This document shows positions 27,610 through 37,723 of a DNA stretch of 64,000 nucleotides, piece after piece. Location of the stretch: NCBI GenBank assembly GCA_963667785.2, contig CAXXMU010000006.1, forward strand, positions 928,001 through 992,000, given 5' to 3'. The first letter of the stretch is position 1. Every line of letters begins with the position of its first letter. Made by a program: the position numbers and the translations under genes. Under the pieces are notes generated by a model, which worked only from the letters and a program-made list of their open reading frames with translations, was not told the origin of the DNA and searched no databases. Origin of the DNA: Alphaproteobacteria bacterium (GTDB lineage Bacteria; Pseudomonadota; Alphaproteobacteria; UBA828).

Positions 27610-28011
27610 TCATGACCCTTCCCGATCGAAGAGCGGAATATCCATGGCGCGGGCGACATCGTTCATCCGCCGGTCGTAGCTCGCGAGTTCCACGTACTGG
27701 CCCTGATCGGCCAGATACGCGCACGACGCCAGATGCAGGGCGTCGAGAGTCCGCAGCGGCGCCGGACCCGGAAAGGCATCCAGCGCCCGGGCCAGAACCT
27801 GCGGGCTCAGCTCCAGCAGCGCGATCCGTCCGACAAGCCCGCGCGCTGATTCGCCGTGCGAGTCTGCAAGCCTGCGCGCGTGCAGCGCCGTCCATATCTC
27901 GTATTCGAGGAGCCGGCTGGACACCAGCGTCCCCTCCCAGAAAGAAGCCGGGGGCCGGCGGTCCTCGGTCAGCAGCCAGGCCAGCGCGACGGAGGTGTCG
28001 AGATAGATCAC
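27610..28011 (-). CDS. vapC: PIN-domain (VapC) toxin
   Basis: 'IYLDTS', 'LEYE', 'LRTLDALHLAS', 'SYDRRM'; GTGA overlap with the antitoxin. Confidence 0.9.
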   Translation of the reverse strand: MIYLDTSVALAWLLTEDRRPPASFWEGTLVSSRLLEYEIWTALHARRLADSHGESARGLVGRIALLELSPQVLARALDAFPGPAPLRTLDALHLASCAYLADQGQYVELASYDRRMNDVARAMDIPLFDREGS

Positions 28012-28301
28012 CGGTCGCACCGGCTCTCGTCGAGCTCGGTCAGAACCTCGTCCAGAGTGGCGACCGGGGCGGGCCTGGGCGGCGGTCCCGATCCTGCCAG
28101 CGCCGGCGGCGCGAGCACGCCCGACCGCACCGCCTCGGCAAGGAACGCATCGGCGAGGACGGGGCTGCGGCTCTCCCGCAGCGGGCCGAGCTCCGCCACA
28201 ACGCGGTCGCGGTCCGTCACCAGGATGGTCTCGCCCGATGCCGCGAGCCGGACGTACTCGCTTAGCCGGTTGTTCAGCGCCTTGATCCCGACCGATCTCA
28301 T
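28008..28301 (-). CDS. Phd/YefM-family antitoxin
   Basis: 'MRSVGIKALNNRLSEYVRLAASGETILVTDRDRVVAEL'. Confidence 0.88.
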   Translation of the reverse strand: MRSVGIKALNNRLSEYVRLAASGETILVTDRDRVVAELGPLRESRSPVLADAFLAEAVRSGVLAPPALAGSGPPPRPAPVATLDEVLTELDESRCDR

Positions 28302-28500
28302 GCGCCGAAGGTAGCCACCACGCCCTACCTCGTCAACTGGCGTTGAAGTCCCGCGCGCAGCCAAACGCAGGTCGTAGCCACAGGTGTTGATCGGCATGTA
28401 TCGTTGATGCCCATCTGCTCTCTAAATTCAGCGAGTTAGCATGCTGGTGGGCGTTCAACAGCCTTGCTGAACAATACCCGGCAAACCCAGGCGATTCGGA

Positions 28501-31101
28501 TCAAGAACCAAGTCGTTGTTCAAGGTGCTGGGCGAACGTTCCATTATCGGTTTCAGGGGGAACTTTTGCCAACAAGTTATCGAGATCGCCCGGACCGTAT
28601 GCGGTCAGCTCGTACCTGTCGATGCCGCACCACCTTGCAATCGTCTCGTCGAGTTCGTCGGTGTGCTTCGCTAAAGTCGTCAGCATCATCTCGGCGCCGC
28701 GCTCCGCGTGGGCGTCTCGTGTCTCCGACATTGAAATCAAATCCAGATAAGTCCAAGCGACCATAGAGTGCACGCCGCGCATTCCGGGCTTGATGAGCTC
28801 GGTGCGCATCAGCTTCCGCTCTTTAAATTCAGGCTTTTTCAGAGTAAATCTGCCTTTTCCTGCGGTTCTGTCCTGCACGAAAGACCAAATGACATCGGGA
28901 ATTGTCCCGTTGTCCTGGCCTCCATCGGAAAAAAACAAGTGGTGAATATAGGTTGCCACGTTGGAGAGGTAGCAGGCCATCGGAGAGAGGCGGCGGATCA
29001 CAGTCCCTCTCGCCTCCGTGATATCGATCGACTTGTCGGGCTGGGGTTCCGAGGGCAGTTCTCCATCGTCCGACGGGACTAGTTCCGCAACCTTAACGCC
29101 CTTCCAGACGCCTTCGGGTTCGACCTCTCGTATCTCGAACAGGCGAGGCTGGCCGTGCGTGTCGATTACCCTGAGGAGATCCTTTGCACTGCAGCGCCGC
29201 CAGACCGGCATTGACTCTGAATAGCGGACTTGTGCGGTCAAGGTTCCTGTCTCCGTGGCCTCCGGGCTAATGTCCACCTCCACGGATCGGACGTCGAACC
29301 TTCGGTAGACCGGGACGAAGCTGTCCGTATTGCCCCCCGTTTCGAGCCTCCAAGCCGTTCCTGAGCGAACCGCGCGTCTGTAGTCTTCCTCGCTCTCATA
29401 GGTTCCAACGACGGCGGAAATCTCGGTCTCCCTATTGTCGAACCGAAGGTTTCCGGGGTTTAGGTCGGCGAAATACATTCCCTGCTTGTGGATGCCGTCG
29501 ATCATCCGCGTAAGTTGGCGCAGGCGCAGGGCGCCCATGAGAAGGCGTTTCGGTGCCGGAAGGTTCCGCATTTCGACAAGTTTCTCAAGAAACGTTTCGC
29601 TTTTCTGAGCGGTTTCGCTCTTCGAAACATCATCAGCCCAGATCGGACTCGAACCGAGCCTGCCGGGGACCCTAGTGCCAACCACCAAGCGTGCAAGATC
29701 GTCCTGAATCCCGGAGAACAACTTCATGCGATTGACCGAACCGTCTTCCCCGCGGGACTGCTCGTAGTAGGAATCGCGCTTTCTGGACAGCATGCAGCGG
29801 AAAAGGACGGCGATGATCCCGTCCGACGGGAACTGGCCGTGCACATGGTCCCGGACTTGGTCGAACAACGGTGCCATATCTGCGGAAGTGGATGTCGCGC
29901 CCGATGCTGCCCTGTATCGATCGACGAGGACCTCCACGCTAGCCACGCCGGCGTCGCCGGATCGATCGAAGGGTCGCAGATGGTCGTAGAATCCCTCGGG
30001 TGACTTGCCAACGGTCAGCAAGTCGAACAACAAGGCACCAAGGCCGAAGACATCCGTGCGCAGCGATGGCTTCTTGTAGAACATGACCTGAGTTCTGTCG
30101 TCTTCGAACTCCTTCTTCCGTGCGGCCTTGAGGGTAATTTGGGAGCCTCCGCCGTTCAGGTGCTCCACTCCTATGACCTCATATCCCTTCTGTTCCCCAT
30201 CCTTCGAGAATACGGCAACATCGTTGCCTTCCATCAGCGTGTCGCGGAACTTCATGTCGGCGGTATGGAGAACGAGGCGTTGTCCTCCGTCGGGCACTTC
30301 CACCTTAACCTCGCACACGTCGAAAAAATCCTTCTGCTCGGGGGAGCGATAGTGGCGCGTCCCCGGAGGCAAGGCAGACTCGTAACCCGACGCGTGTCCA
30401 GAAGGCAGCACCTCGAGGAATCCGAAGTCACCGAGCGCGACTTCGACATCGTCACCCTTGCTTCGCAACATGACGTTTGCCGGCTTGATGTCGTGATGAA
30501 ACAGCTTCGCTGCGTGCAAGGCACGAAGGCCCGTGGCGACTTGGCTGACAATTTCGACAATGTGGCCTTCTCGCTCGGCAATGGTGAGATTCCTGAGCAC
30601 CTCGTAGCCCGGAGGCCCTGGCTTGTCGATCGTGCGCCCTTCTACAAGCCGACCGGCCGGAGCGCCTGCCTCCAAAACGTCCTTTAGCGTGCATTCGTAG
30701 TAGGGCATCACCAAGGCTTGATCCGACACCGAGACTCCGAGCTGGGCAAATTTGTCCTTCAGAGATTCGTAAGATTCACTCGAACAGAAATTCTCGGTCC
30801 AAGCAGTAGAGAGGACGAGATTCGACTCCAGTCCTTCGAGTTTGTGGCGACTCAACTCATCGCGGACTCGGACACCAGCGCGCATTTCATAACCGTTCCT
30901 GGCCCCCGAAATGTCTTCCTTCTTCACGGGATAGAACAGCTTGACGGCGCATCTCTGGTTCGCCGGATCTCTCGCCTCGAACACTGAGCCGTAGGACCCG
31001 TCTCCCAGTTTACGAGGGACTCCGTTGCTATCGACGACGAAGCGATACAGCAGTCGCTGGGCTGTATCTTCTTCTGTGGCCTGGGCCTCGAAGCTATACA
31101 T
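28501..31101 (-). CDS. Hanks-type Ser/Thr kinase with large inserts and a second degenerate kinase-like region
   Basis: 'LGDGSYGSV','AVK','HHDIKPANV','DFG','GTRHYRSPEQ','DVFGLG'; second 'MYFADLNPGNL'. Confidence 0.85.
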   Translation of the reverse strand: MYSFEAQATEEDTAQRLLYRFVVDSNGVPRKLGDGSYGSVFEARDPANQRCAVKLFYPVKKEDISGARNGYEMRAGVRVRDELSRHKLEGLESNLVLSTAWTENFCSSESYESLKDKFAQLGVSVSDQALVMPYYECTLKDVLEAGAPAGRLVEGRTIDKPGPPGYEVLRNLTIAEREGHIVEIVSQVATGLRALHAAKLFHHDIKPANVMLRSKGDDVEVALGDFGFLEVLPSGHASGYESALPPGTRHYRSPEQKDFFDVCEVKVEVPDGGQRLVLHTADMKFRDTLMEGNDVAVFSKDGEQKGYEVIGVEHLNGGGSQITLKAARKKEFEDDRTQVMFYKKPSLRTDVFGLGALLFDLLTVGKSPEGFYDHLRPFDRSGDAGVASVEVLVDRYRAASGATSTSADMAPLFDQVRDHVHGQFPSDGIIAVLFRCMLSRKRDSYYEQSRGEDGSVNRMKLFSGIQDDLARLVVGTRVPGRLGSSPIWADDVSKSETAQKSETFLEKLVEMRNLPAPKRLLMGALRLRQLTRMIDGIHKQGMYFADLNPGNLRFDNRETEISAVVGTYESEEDYRRAVRSGTAWRLETGGNTDSFVPVYRRFDVRSVEVDISPEATETGTLTAQVRYSESMPVWRRCSAKDLLRVIDTHGQPRLFEIREVEPEGVWKGVKVAELVPSDDGELPSEPQPDKSIDITEARGTVIRRLSPMACYLSNVATYIHHLFFSDGGQDNGTIPDVIWSFVQDRTAGKGRFTLKKPEFKERKLMRTELIKPGMRGVHSMVAWTYLDLISMSETRDAHAERGAEMMLTTLAKHTDELDETIARWCGIDRYELTAYGPGDLDNLLAKVPPETDNGTFAQHLEQRLGS

Positions 31102-31909
31102 GGTCGTCTCCTTCCGTACGTTCACGCAGCAGCAAAAAGTGCTGCGGGAACACACCCGGTCGCCGGTCCGTTCCCGTCAATCGCCATGCCGCGTCGTACA
31201 CGTTCCGGTCCACCGTCACTAGAATCGGGTTTGTCGATGCTTCCCCGTTCTCCGACCCCACCGGAGTCGGAGTCCCGAGCGGAATGCGTTTGAAGGACCA
31301 TTTGATGTCGCCTTTCTTGGACGCGGTTTGCCGGTTGCGGCCAAATGAGATCATGTCGTTCAGACCAACGCCCTTCAGCTTCGTTCGGTCTTCACGGTCA
31401 AAGTGGACCCTCTGTCTGCTCCGTCGGGGACCTAGCATTGTGAAATCGACATATTCGACGTCGCCGAACACAATCACCTTTACCCAGGGAGCAATCTCCA
31501 ATTCGGTTTCGCCTTGGCCACCACCCTGCTCGTCGAAGACCAAGTGCGGGTAAAGACGGTACCGCACCGGAGCAAGGTCCAGCCTCACTTCACGTCGTTC
31601 GCCAGGCTCCGTTCCTGAGCGCGCGGCGAGCGCCTCGTCGGATGTCGCGATGACCGTCCCGTTTCGCGGGTCTTCGAGGGTGAGTTGCGGAAGCGAGGGG
31701 AATGTTGAGGGTGCCACCGACGTGCCTGGGGCCGAGTCTGCATCACCGGCCGCGACCTGGATGTAGATCGGGAAGTTCTCGATACGCAAGATGGTCGGGC
31801 TGTTGATATTGACGCTGCCCACAAGACTGCCGACAAGACTCGGATGGATCTGGAACAGACCATTGAGGGCAGTACTCAATAACCAGTTCATCAATTCATT
31901 GCCATTCAT
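31094..31909 (-). CDS. Hypothetical protein co-operonic with the kinase
   Basis: 271-aa ORF with AGAGG RBS; its stop overlaps the kinase start. Confidence 0.6.
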   Translation of the reverse strand: MNGNELMNWLLSTALNGLFQIHPSLVGSLVGSVNINSPTILRIENFPIYIQVAAGDADSAPGTSVAPSTFPSLPQLTLEDPRNGTVIATSDEALAARSGTEPGERREVRLDLAPVRYRLYPHLVFDEQGGGQGETELEIAPWVKVIVFGDVEYVDFTMLGPRRSRQRVHFDREDRTKLKGVGLNDMISFGRNRQTASKKGDIKWSFKRIPLGTPTPVGSENGEASTNPILVTVDRNVYDAAWRLTGTDRRPGVFPQHFLLLRERTEGDDHV

Positions 31910-32358
31910 CTTGTGTCAGTCCTCTGAGCGTGTTCAATGTTGTGCATCGGGTTAACCCTAACTCATTTGATTCCTCACTCAACAGGAGAGCCGCGATTGT
32001 ACCCAGCCCATCATCGATGGGTATACATGCCCGCAGGATCAGCCCTCTCCTTGATATCTGCTCTACCCCAATGAAACGCGAGCGCGTCGAACTCTAGGCG
32101 CAGCGAAATTCGCTCCCTGCATTCTCAGTCGGCCGGATCTTGGTCGCCAGCCGGACAAGCCGTCGATCCTCCGCCGCCGCCGGTCCGGCGCATTCTACGA
32201 CAACAGCCGTCCGCCGTGGCGCCGCGTCTGCGCCCTTCGCCATCGAGAGGGGAGTGCCGGCCGTGAGCGGGGCGGCGGTCGGGCGTCCGGGGGCCCTCGG
32301 CTGGAGGAAGAGGAGAGCGAGAGAACGGGCGAGCCGTTCAGAGAGAGGGAGGGAATCC

Positions 32359-32700
32359 ATGAGCGCCGTCATCAATCTCAGGCGCGAGCCGAAGCTGCGC
32401 GAGGCGTTCGAATATGCGCAGGTCGTGAACAACACCGTGCTGATCGACCGCCGCACGCGGTGGGGCAATCCGTTTCGCGTCCCGGACGGGCTCTCGTATG
32501 CCGAGGCGGTCGCCCGCTACCGCGTCCATCTCTGGCAGCGCATCCAGGCGGGCGAGGTGACGCTGCAAGACCTTGCCGCGCTGGACGGCTGCTGGCTGGC
32601 GTGCCGGTGCGCCGGCGACGGCCATTCCTGCCACGGCGAGGTGCTCGAACGGGCGGCCGCCTGGGCGGCGAAGGTGCTGGCGGAGCGATCCCATGCGTGA
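32359..32700 (+). CDS. DUF4326-family protein
   Basis: 'IDRRTRWGNPF', 'LACRC....CHGEVL'. Confidence 0.8.
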   Translation: MSAVINLRREPKLREAFEYAQVVNNTVLIDRRTRWGNPFRVPDGLSYAEAVARYRVHLWQRIQAGEVTLQDLAALDGCWLACRCAGDGHSCHGEVLERAAAWAAKVLAERSHA

Positions 32701-32856
32701 CGCGCCGTCGTGCCTCCCCTTCAACGCCGTGCCAGCCGAACCGGCGATGGGATCGGTGCAGGTGGAGAGAAATAGCCCGCTACGTGATCTTCCATTGTGC
32801 CACGCGTGCTCGGGCCAGCAACCCTGCGGGTCCTCCGGTCGCTGCGCTCCCTGCGG

Positions 32857-32983
32857 CCTGACCCAGGAAGCTCTAGGTGGGCGGACCGTGAAAGTTGCCG
32901 ACCGTGAAGATCGCGGAGCGATCTTCCGCACCAAGATCGGCAACTTTCCGCACCAGCTCCGCCCTAGAGCTTCCAGGGCCAGG
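32857..32983. promoter_or_regulatory. Long multi-segment hairpin (candidate ssDNA promoter or ssi)
   Basis: Nested pairs ggaagctctag/ctagagcttcc, gggcgga/tccgccc, aaagttgccga/tcggcaacttt, gaagatcgc/gcgatcttc. Confidence 0.6.
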
Positions 32984-33072
32984 TGCTCGCCCTGTGCGCG
33001 CGTGACCCAACGGAACATCACTTCGGGGCGCAACGCTCCGATCGCTGCAACCCGATCATCAAGGAGATCGTC

Positions 33073-33889
33073 ATGACCTTCGACATCGACACCATCGAGA
33101 GCGCCGAGCAGTCCGTCACCGCGACCGTCTGCGAGAACGCGGCGCTGTTCGGCGCGGCGCCCGAGCGCGGCGAGTTCGACAGCCGCGAAATCTGGGACGC
33201 GGACGACGCTACCGACGCGGTGAGCGAGGCCTTCCGCATCCTGGCCGAGGGCGTCGCACCGGACGGGTTCCAGCTCGCCGACGAGCGCGAGAGCCTGCTG
33301 TGGGGCTTCGTCAACTGCCTCGACGCCCAGCCGCCTCGACCGCTCCGTCGACCGGCTCAGCCCGGAGCTGCGCGACCTGCAGAAGGCCCAGGACGGCACC
33401 GAGATCAAGTCGCGCGAGCTGGAGCTCGTCACCGACCGCGCCCGCAACCTCGGCGACCGCCGCGACGCCTTCGAGCGGATGCGCGACGCCGTGGCCGAGC
33501 AGTATCGCGAGGAGACCGGCGACACCTGGCGCCCGCGCCACGGCAGCCACGCCAGCCAGACCGGCAAGCTGACCTCGGCGGCCATCGACGCCCGTGACTT
33601 CATCCGCGCCCGCAAGGACCGCGCGACCATGGCGCACCTGCCGCAGGGCACCCTCGTCGCCATCGCCGGCGGCAAGGACGTCGCCGACCCAGCCGCGGTG
33701 ATCCGCATGCTCGACAAGACCCGCGCCAAGCATGGCGACATGGTGCTCGTCCACGGCGGCGGCCCCAGCGTCGAGAAGATCGCCGCGCGCTGGGCCGAGC
33801 GCAACGGCATCGACCAGGTCGTCTGCAAGCCGGACTGGGACCGCCACGGCCGCGCCGCCCCGTTCCGCCGCAACGACGAGCTGCTGACC
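33073..33889 (+). pseudogene. DUF2493/SLOG-like protein, frameshifted near 33335 and truncated
   Basis: 'LLWGFVN', 'TWRPRHGS', 'VAIAGG', 'MVLVHGG', 'PDWDRHGRAAPFRRND'; AAGGAG RBS. Confidence 0.75.
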
Positions 33890-34273
33890 ATGCGCGCCGT
33901 CAAAGGTCGCGACACCAAACCCGAGATGACGGTGCGGCGGCTCCTGCACCGTATGGGCTATCGGTACAGGCTGCACCGGAAGGACTTGCCGGGTAAGCCG
34001 GACATCGTGTTCGGCCCGCGTCGCAAGGTCATCTTCGTTCACGGATGTTTCTGGCACGGGCACTCCTGCAAGCGCGGGAGCCGTTTGCCGAAAACCAACG
34101 CCGAGTACTGGCGGGCGAAAATCGCTCGCAACGTCGAACGCCACACTGACCAGCTCGACGAATTGACTGCGACCGGATGGACGGGACTCACGTTGTGGGA
34201 GTGCGAGCTTGCCGACGTGGATGCGGTCGCCCGCCACCTGCGCGCTTTCCTCGACGAGACCGTCAGCCCGTAG
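33890..34273 (+). CDS. vsr: Vsr very-short-patch repair endonuclease, in frame with the DUF2493 remnant
   Basis: 'MRAVKGRDTKPE', 'LPGKPDIVF', 'IFVHGCFWHGH', 'WECE'. Confidence 0.9.
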   Translation: MRAVKGRDTKPEMTVRRLLHRMGYRYRLHRKDLPGKPDIVFGPRRKVIFVHGCFWHGHSCKRGSRLPKTNAEYWRAKIARNVERHTDQLDELTATGWTGLTLWECELADVDAVARHLRAFLDETVSP

Positions 34274-34659
34274 TTCGTTGAGCGAGATCTACCGCCGACC
34301 CTTTCCGCAATCGGGCCGTCGTTCGCTGGCGTTCCTTGGGTGCCTCGCTCCGCTCACCGCCGCCCGCACGACCGACACCGCTCTTGCCGGGGCCATTGCC
34401 GACCTGGCCATCAGGACCGCCGGCACTGGACTCCGCACTACGCCGCGCACCGGCGCCCGCACGGGTGCGGGCCGTTCCGCCGATGCCGCCGGCAGCACGC
34501 TCGGCACAACCGCCCGCGTCTCCAACGGCGCCACCGACGCCGCCAGTGTCGAGGCCGCGTGCTCCCGTTCCCGCATTGTCTTGTTACCTCGCGCTTCCTA
34601 CACTGCCGCCCGGAAGCCGCGCGGCGGTTCGGGACCTGTTCCCGCAAGTGCGCGGCGGG

Positions 34660-35000
34660 CGCTGCCGCTCAAGCGCCGCTCGGGCTAAATGCCCGGCCTG
34701 CAACGGTTTGCAGTGCGCGGTCGCTTGGTTGGCCAGGAAGCGGGTTGACGACGCCCTGCGGCGTTTTCTTCACACACCCGACTCACCGCTGGTGAAAGGG
34801 GCGCATTCGTATCCTGAGGGGGGCCTCCCGGTGCCTCACGGCGCCAAACGGAGCCTGCTGGATGATGGGAACCCGTAGTGCGCATTGTGTTACGCCCAAG
34901 TCTCTGGAATCATTGCCTGTGTTTCTTCCGTGTTCGCTATGTATGCTCCAGAGCACCGCGCGCATTGCGCGCGCAATGCGAGCGCAATGCGCGCGGAGAC
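34660..35000. other. Candidate oriT (MOBF-type nic)
   Basis: GTGCGCATTGTGTTA at 34878-34892 resembles the R388 nic (TGCGTATTGTCT); several short inverted repeats; directly before the RHH gene. Confidence 0.55.
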
Positions 35001-35132
35001 GGAAAAAAACACGGTGTTGCTGCCCGCGGGCGGGTAGGGCAATGGACCAGGAAATGGCCCATGGCCATCCGAAACCGGCCGGCATTTCGCTCGCAGAAGA
35101 GTCGGTAGAGGGCGCGAACAGGGGAGGTAACG

Positions 35133-35477
35133 ATGGCGATCAGGAGCTTCCAGCGCTCGATTCGGTTCACGAAGAACGAATGGGATGCCGTGGTCGAGGC
35201 CGCCGAGAAGGCCGGAATCACGCCCGGCTCGTTCGTTCGCAAGGCCGCCGCGCGTGCCGCGGCCGACGATCTTTATCTTTACGGTGGCGGATTGACGCCC
35301 GAACTGGCCGACCTGATCCAGCGGACCCACCGGGGTGTCCACCTGCTCACGTACCTGAAGCGGGAGGAACTCGCCGGATCGGAGAGGGGAGCGCTCTTCG
35401 ACAGGGCCGCCGAAGACGCCCGCGCCACCCAGATCAAGGCGCTTGGCTCACCGGACACCAGTAGCAATTCACCATAG
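35133..35477 (+). CDS. Ribbon-helix-helix relaxosome accessory protein (MobC/TrwA-like)
   Basis: 'QRSIRFTKNEWDAVVEAAEKAGITPGSFVR'; GGAGG RBS. Confidence 0.75.
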   Translation: MAIRSFQRSIRFTKNEWDAVVEAAEKAGITPGSFVRKAAARAAADDLYLYGGGLTPELADLIQRTHRGVHLLTYLKREELAGSERGALFDRAAEDARATQIKALGSPDTSSNSP

Positions 35478-35512
35478 TCCCTGGCCTCGAAGAGCATCCG
35501 GGAGCGACAGTC

Positions 35513-36208
35513 ATGGAGACGGCCTTGCCCGACACGATCGATTACCTGCGGCGCCTCAACAGGAAGGAGCGCTTCCACTTGTTGCGCGAGGCGCTGGGTA
35601 AAATGACCTTCCGTCTGGACGAGGGCTTCCGCACCCGGCTCCAATCCTGCCTGAGCGGTTCTCCACGCGGCGCAGTGTCGGTTTCGCCTGACGCGTTCGT
35701 GGCAATGGATTACCATCTCGACTGGATCGGAATGGCGCTCCGTCTTGCCACCGACGAACCGGAACACGCCCGTCCCGACCGGTTCCCGCTCCACGATATT
35801 GCCAATGACGGGCTGGTATCGGGAACGCAGCAGGACGTGGACCTGCTCGTGGCGTTCCCGGATGGCGCGACGACGCACCTGGTCATGATCGAGGCCAAGG
35901 GCGATACGGACTGGCGCAACGACCAACTGGACAAGAAGGCTGGGAGACTGGACCGGATATTCTCTGAAGAACGTCCCTGGATGGAGTCGATCGCGCCCCA
36001 CTTCATCTTGATATCTCGGAAACGTCCGATGTCCCTCACGAAGAAAGGATGGCCTTTGTGGATGATGCCGAACGGCGAGCCCCTGTGGCTTCGTCTTTCG
36101 CTGCCTGAAGACCTCATCAAGGTCACCCGGCGCAATCCCGACCGGGACAGAAGACCCAAGAGCTACAGAAACCTGTCCGTCGACAGGATCGAACGGCGGA
36201 CCGGATAG
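35513..36208 (+). CDS. Putative PD-(D/E)xK nuclease
   Basis: 'QDVDLLVAF...LVMIEAKG..W...QL'. Confidence 0.65.
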   Translation: METALPDTIDYLRRLNRKERFHLLREALGKMTFRLDEGFRTRLQSCLSGSPRGAVSVSPDAFVAMDYHLDWIGMALRLATDEPEHARPDRFPLHDIANDGLVSGTQQDVDLLVAFPDGATTHLVMIEAKGDTDWRNDQLDKKAGRLDRIFSEERPWMESIAPHFILISRKRPMSLTKKGWPLWMMPNGEPLWLRLSLPEDLIKVTRRNPDRDRRPKSYRNLSVDRIERRTG

Positions 36209-36333
36209 GGGTATCGTGCGGCGCATCGCAAGGCGGCGAAGCCGGATTCCATGAGACGGAGCGGGAGCCCGATGAATCTTTCGCGCCCGGACGTAGCGCG
36301 CATCCAAGGGGTTCCCAGCATGGGTTGGCCGGC

Positions 36334-37149
36334 ATGAAGAACCATTCCGAACAGGACGTGTCGGCTCACCGCACCGGCTTGTCGGGTTTTTTCGAAGGCC
36401 TCGCGATCAAGACGAATCTGGCGGCGAGCTCCCACACCAACGATTTGCAGCTTTTCTTCGCCGGTCTTCGCCCGGCTGTCCGTATAGCCCAGCGCGCGCA
36501 GACAGAGCTTGACCGGCGGGCCGCGACCCGCTTCTCGCTGTTCGATTTCTTCCACGAACGGGAAACGGATCTGTCGCGCGTATTCGGGAGTCTTCTCGAT
36601 CCAGCCGGGACGCACGGTCAGGTCGATACATTTGTTCGCCTGTTCCTCGACGAGGTCCGGGAGGTTCTCGACGGCGAAGTGCGTGAGCGTTTGCCGGCCG
36701 GGAATCTGCGTGACAGCCGGGTTGATCTCGAACACCACACGGATACGGGGCGAAGCATCGACATCGTCGTCAGGGTGCGCGGCGATACCTGGGTCGGGAT
36801 CGAGAACAAGCCGTGGGCTGGAGAACAGCCTGATCAGGTCAGCGACTACCTGAAGTACCTGCGGACCAGAGCCGGCCCGGAGACCGATCCAGACGCGTGG
36901 CTTGTCTATCTGAGCGGTGACGGCAAGCGGCCCGAGACCCTGCCAGACGACCCGAAGGATCGGATGCGGTGCCCGACCCTGCCCTACAGAGGCGCCGAGC
37001 GCGGTTCTCCATCGCTGGAGAATTGGGTGGAGAAATGCCGCACGGAATGCGAAGCGGAACGGGTTCGGTGGTTCCTGACGGATCTGCTCGAGTACATACG
37101 GAAGTGGTTCGAGCCCGCCGAGCCCACCGGGACGGGGGATCGATCGTGA
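36334..37149 (+). CDS. PD-(D/E)xK_4-type nuclease
   Basis: 'E..LSR....LLDP.GTHGQ', 'SIDI', 'IENK..AGEQPDQV.DY', 'LVYLS'. Confidence 0.8.
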   Translation: MKNHSEQDVSAHRTGLSGFFEGLAIKTNLAASSHTNDLQLFFAGLRPAVRIAQRAQTELDRRAATRFSLFDFFHERETDLSRVFGSLLDPAGTHGQVDTFVRLFLDEVREVLDGEVRERLPAGNLRDSRVDLEHHTDTGRSIDIVVRVRGDTWVGIENKPWAGEQPDQVSDYLKYLRTRAGPETDPDAWLVYLSGDGKRPETLPDDPKDRMRCPTLPYRGAERGSPSLENWVEKCRTECEAERVRWFLTDLLEYIRKWFEPAEPTGTGDRS

Positions 37150-37709
37150 CTGAAGACGTCATTCTTGACGTGACAGCGGAATTCATACGGAGCAGCAAGA
37201 CGAACCTGAAGCTCGCCCTGCAGGTCGAAAGAGCGATGCCCCATGTGAGGGAACACCTCATCAAGGCCGCGCTGGAAGCCATCGAAGAATGCTTTCCGCG
37301 AACGGAGTGGACCATCGATCGCTCGAAAATGCAGGACGCGATGGCGAAACGAGCCAGCCTGATGCTCAGACGCGAGGGCTGGACAACGAATCAGAGCGAC
37401 GCCGCCATATGGCTGGGCACAAGTCAACCGTGCTGGAGGGACGTGTGGATCGGCCTCTATTTTGACGGACGATCTTCGCGGAAGGTACGGCACATCGAGC
37501 AGACCGTGGCACCTCTGACCAACAGAGGGTTTTGGTTCGAGGTCTCGGACGGTCAACCGGGCGTTTGGAAGAGCCTCGATGCAGAATTGCGAGACTGGAG
37601 CGGCGAGCGATTCCTCACAAGACTTCTCGAAGACGGACCCGGCCGTATCGCTTCGGAGATTTCCGCCGAACTGAAGATTATCGACGAATTCGTCGGATCG
37701 CTGGATTGA
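37146..37709 (+). CDS. Hypothetical protein coupled to the nuclease
   Basis: GTGA overlap with the upstream stop; ~187 aa. Confidence 0.55.
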   Translation: MTEDVILDVTAEFIRSSKTNLKLALQVERAMPHVREHLIKAALEAIEECFPRTEWTIDRSKMQDAMAKRASLMLRREGWTTNQSDAAIWLGTSQPCWRDVWIGLYFDGRSSRKVRHIEQTVAPLTNRGFWFEVSDGQPGVWKSLDAELRDWSGERFLTRLLEDGPGRIASEISAELKIIDEFVGSLD

Positions 37710-37723
37710 TTTTCCTGCCTCGG

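Noticed and set aside
34289-34576. 95-aa Ala/Val/Pro-rich minus-strand ORF with a weak RBS
   Set aside because: Low complexity and no motif; cannot be supported
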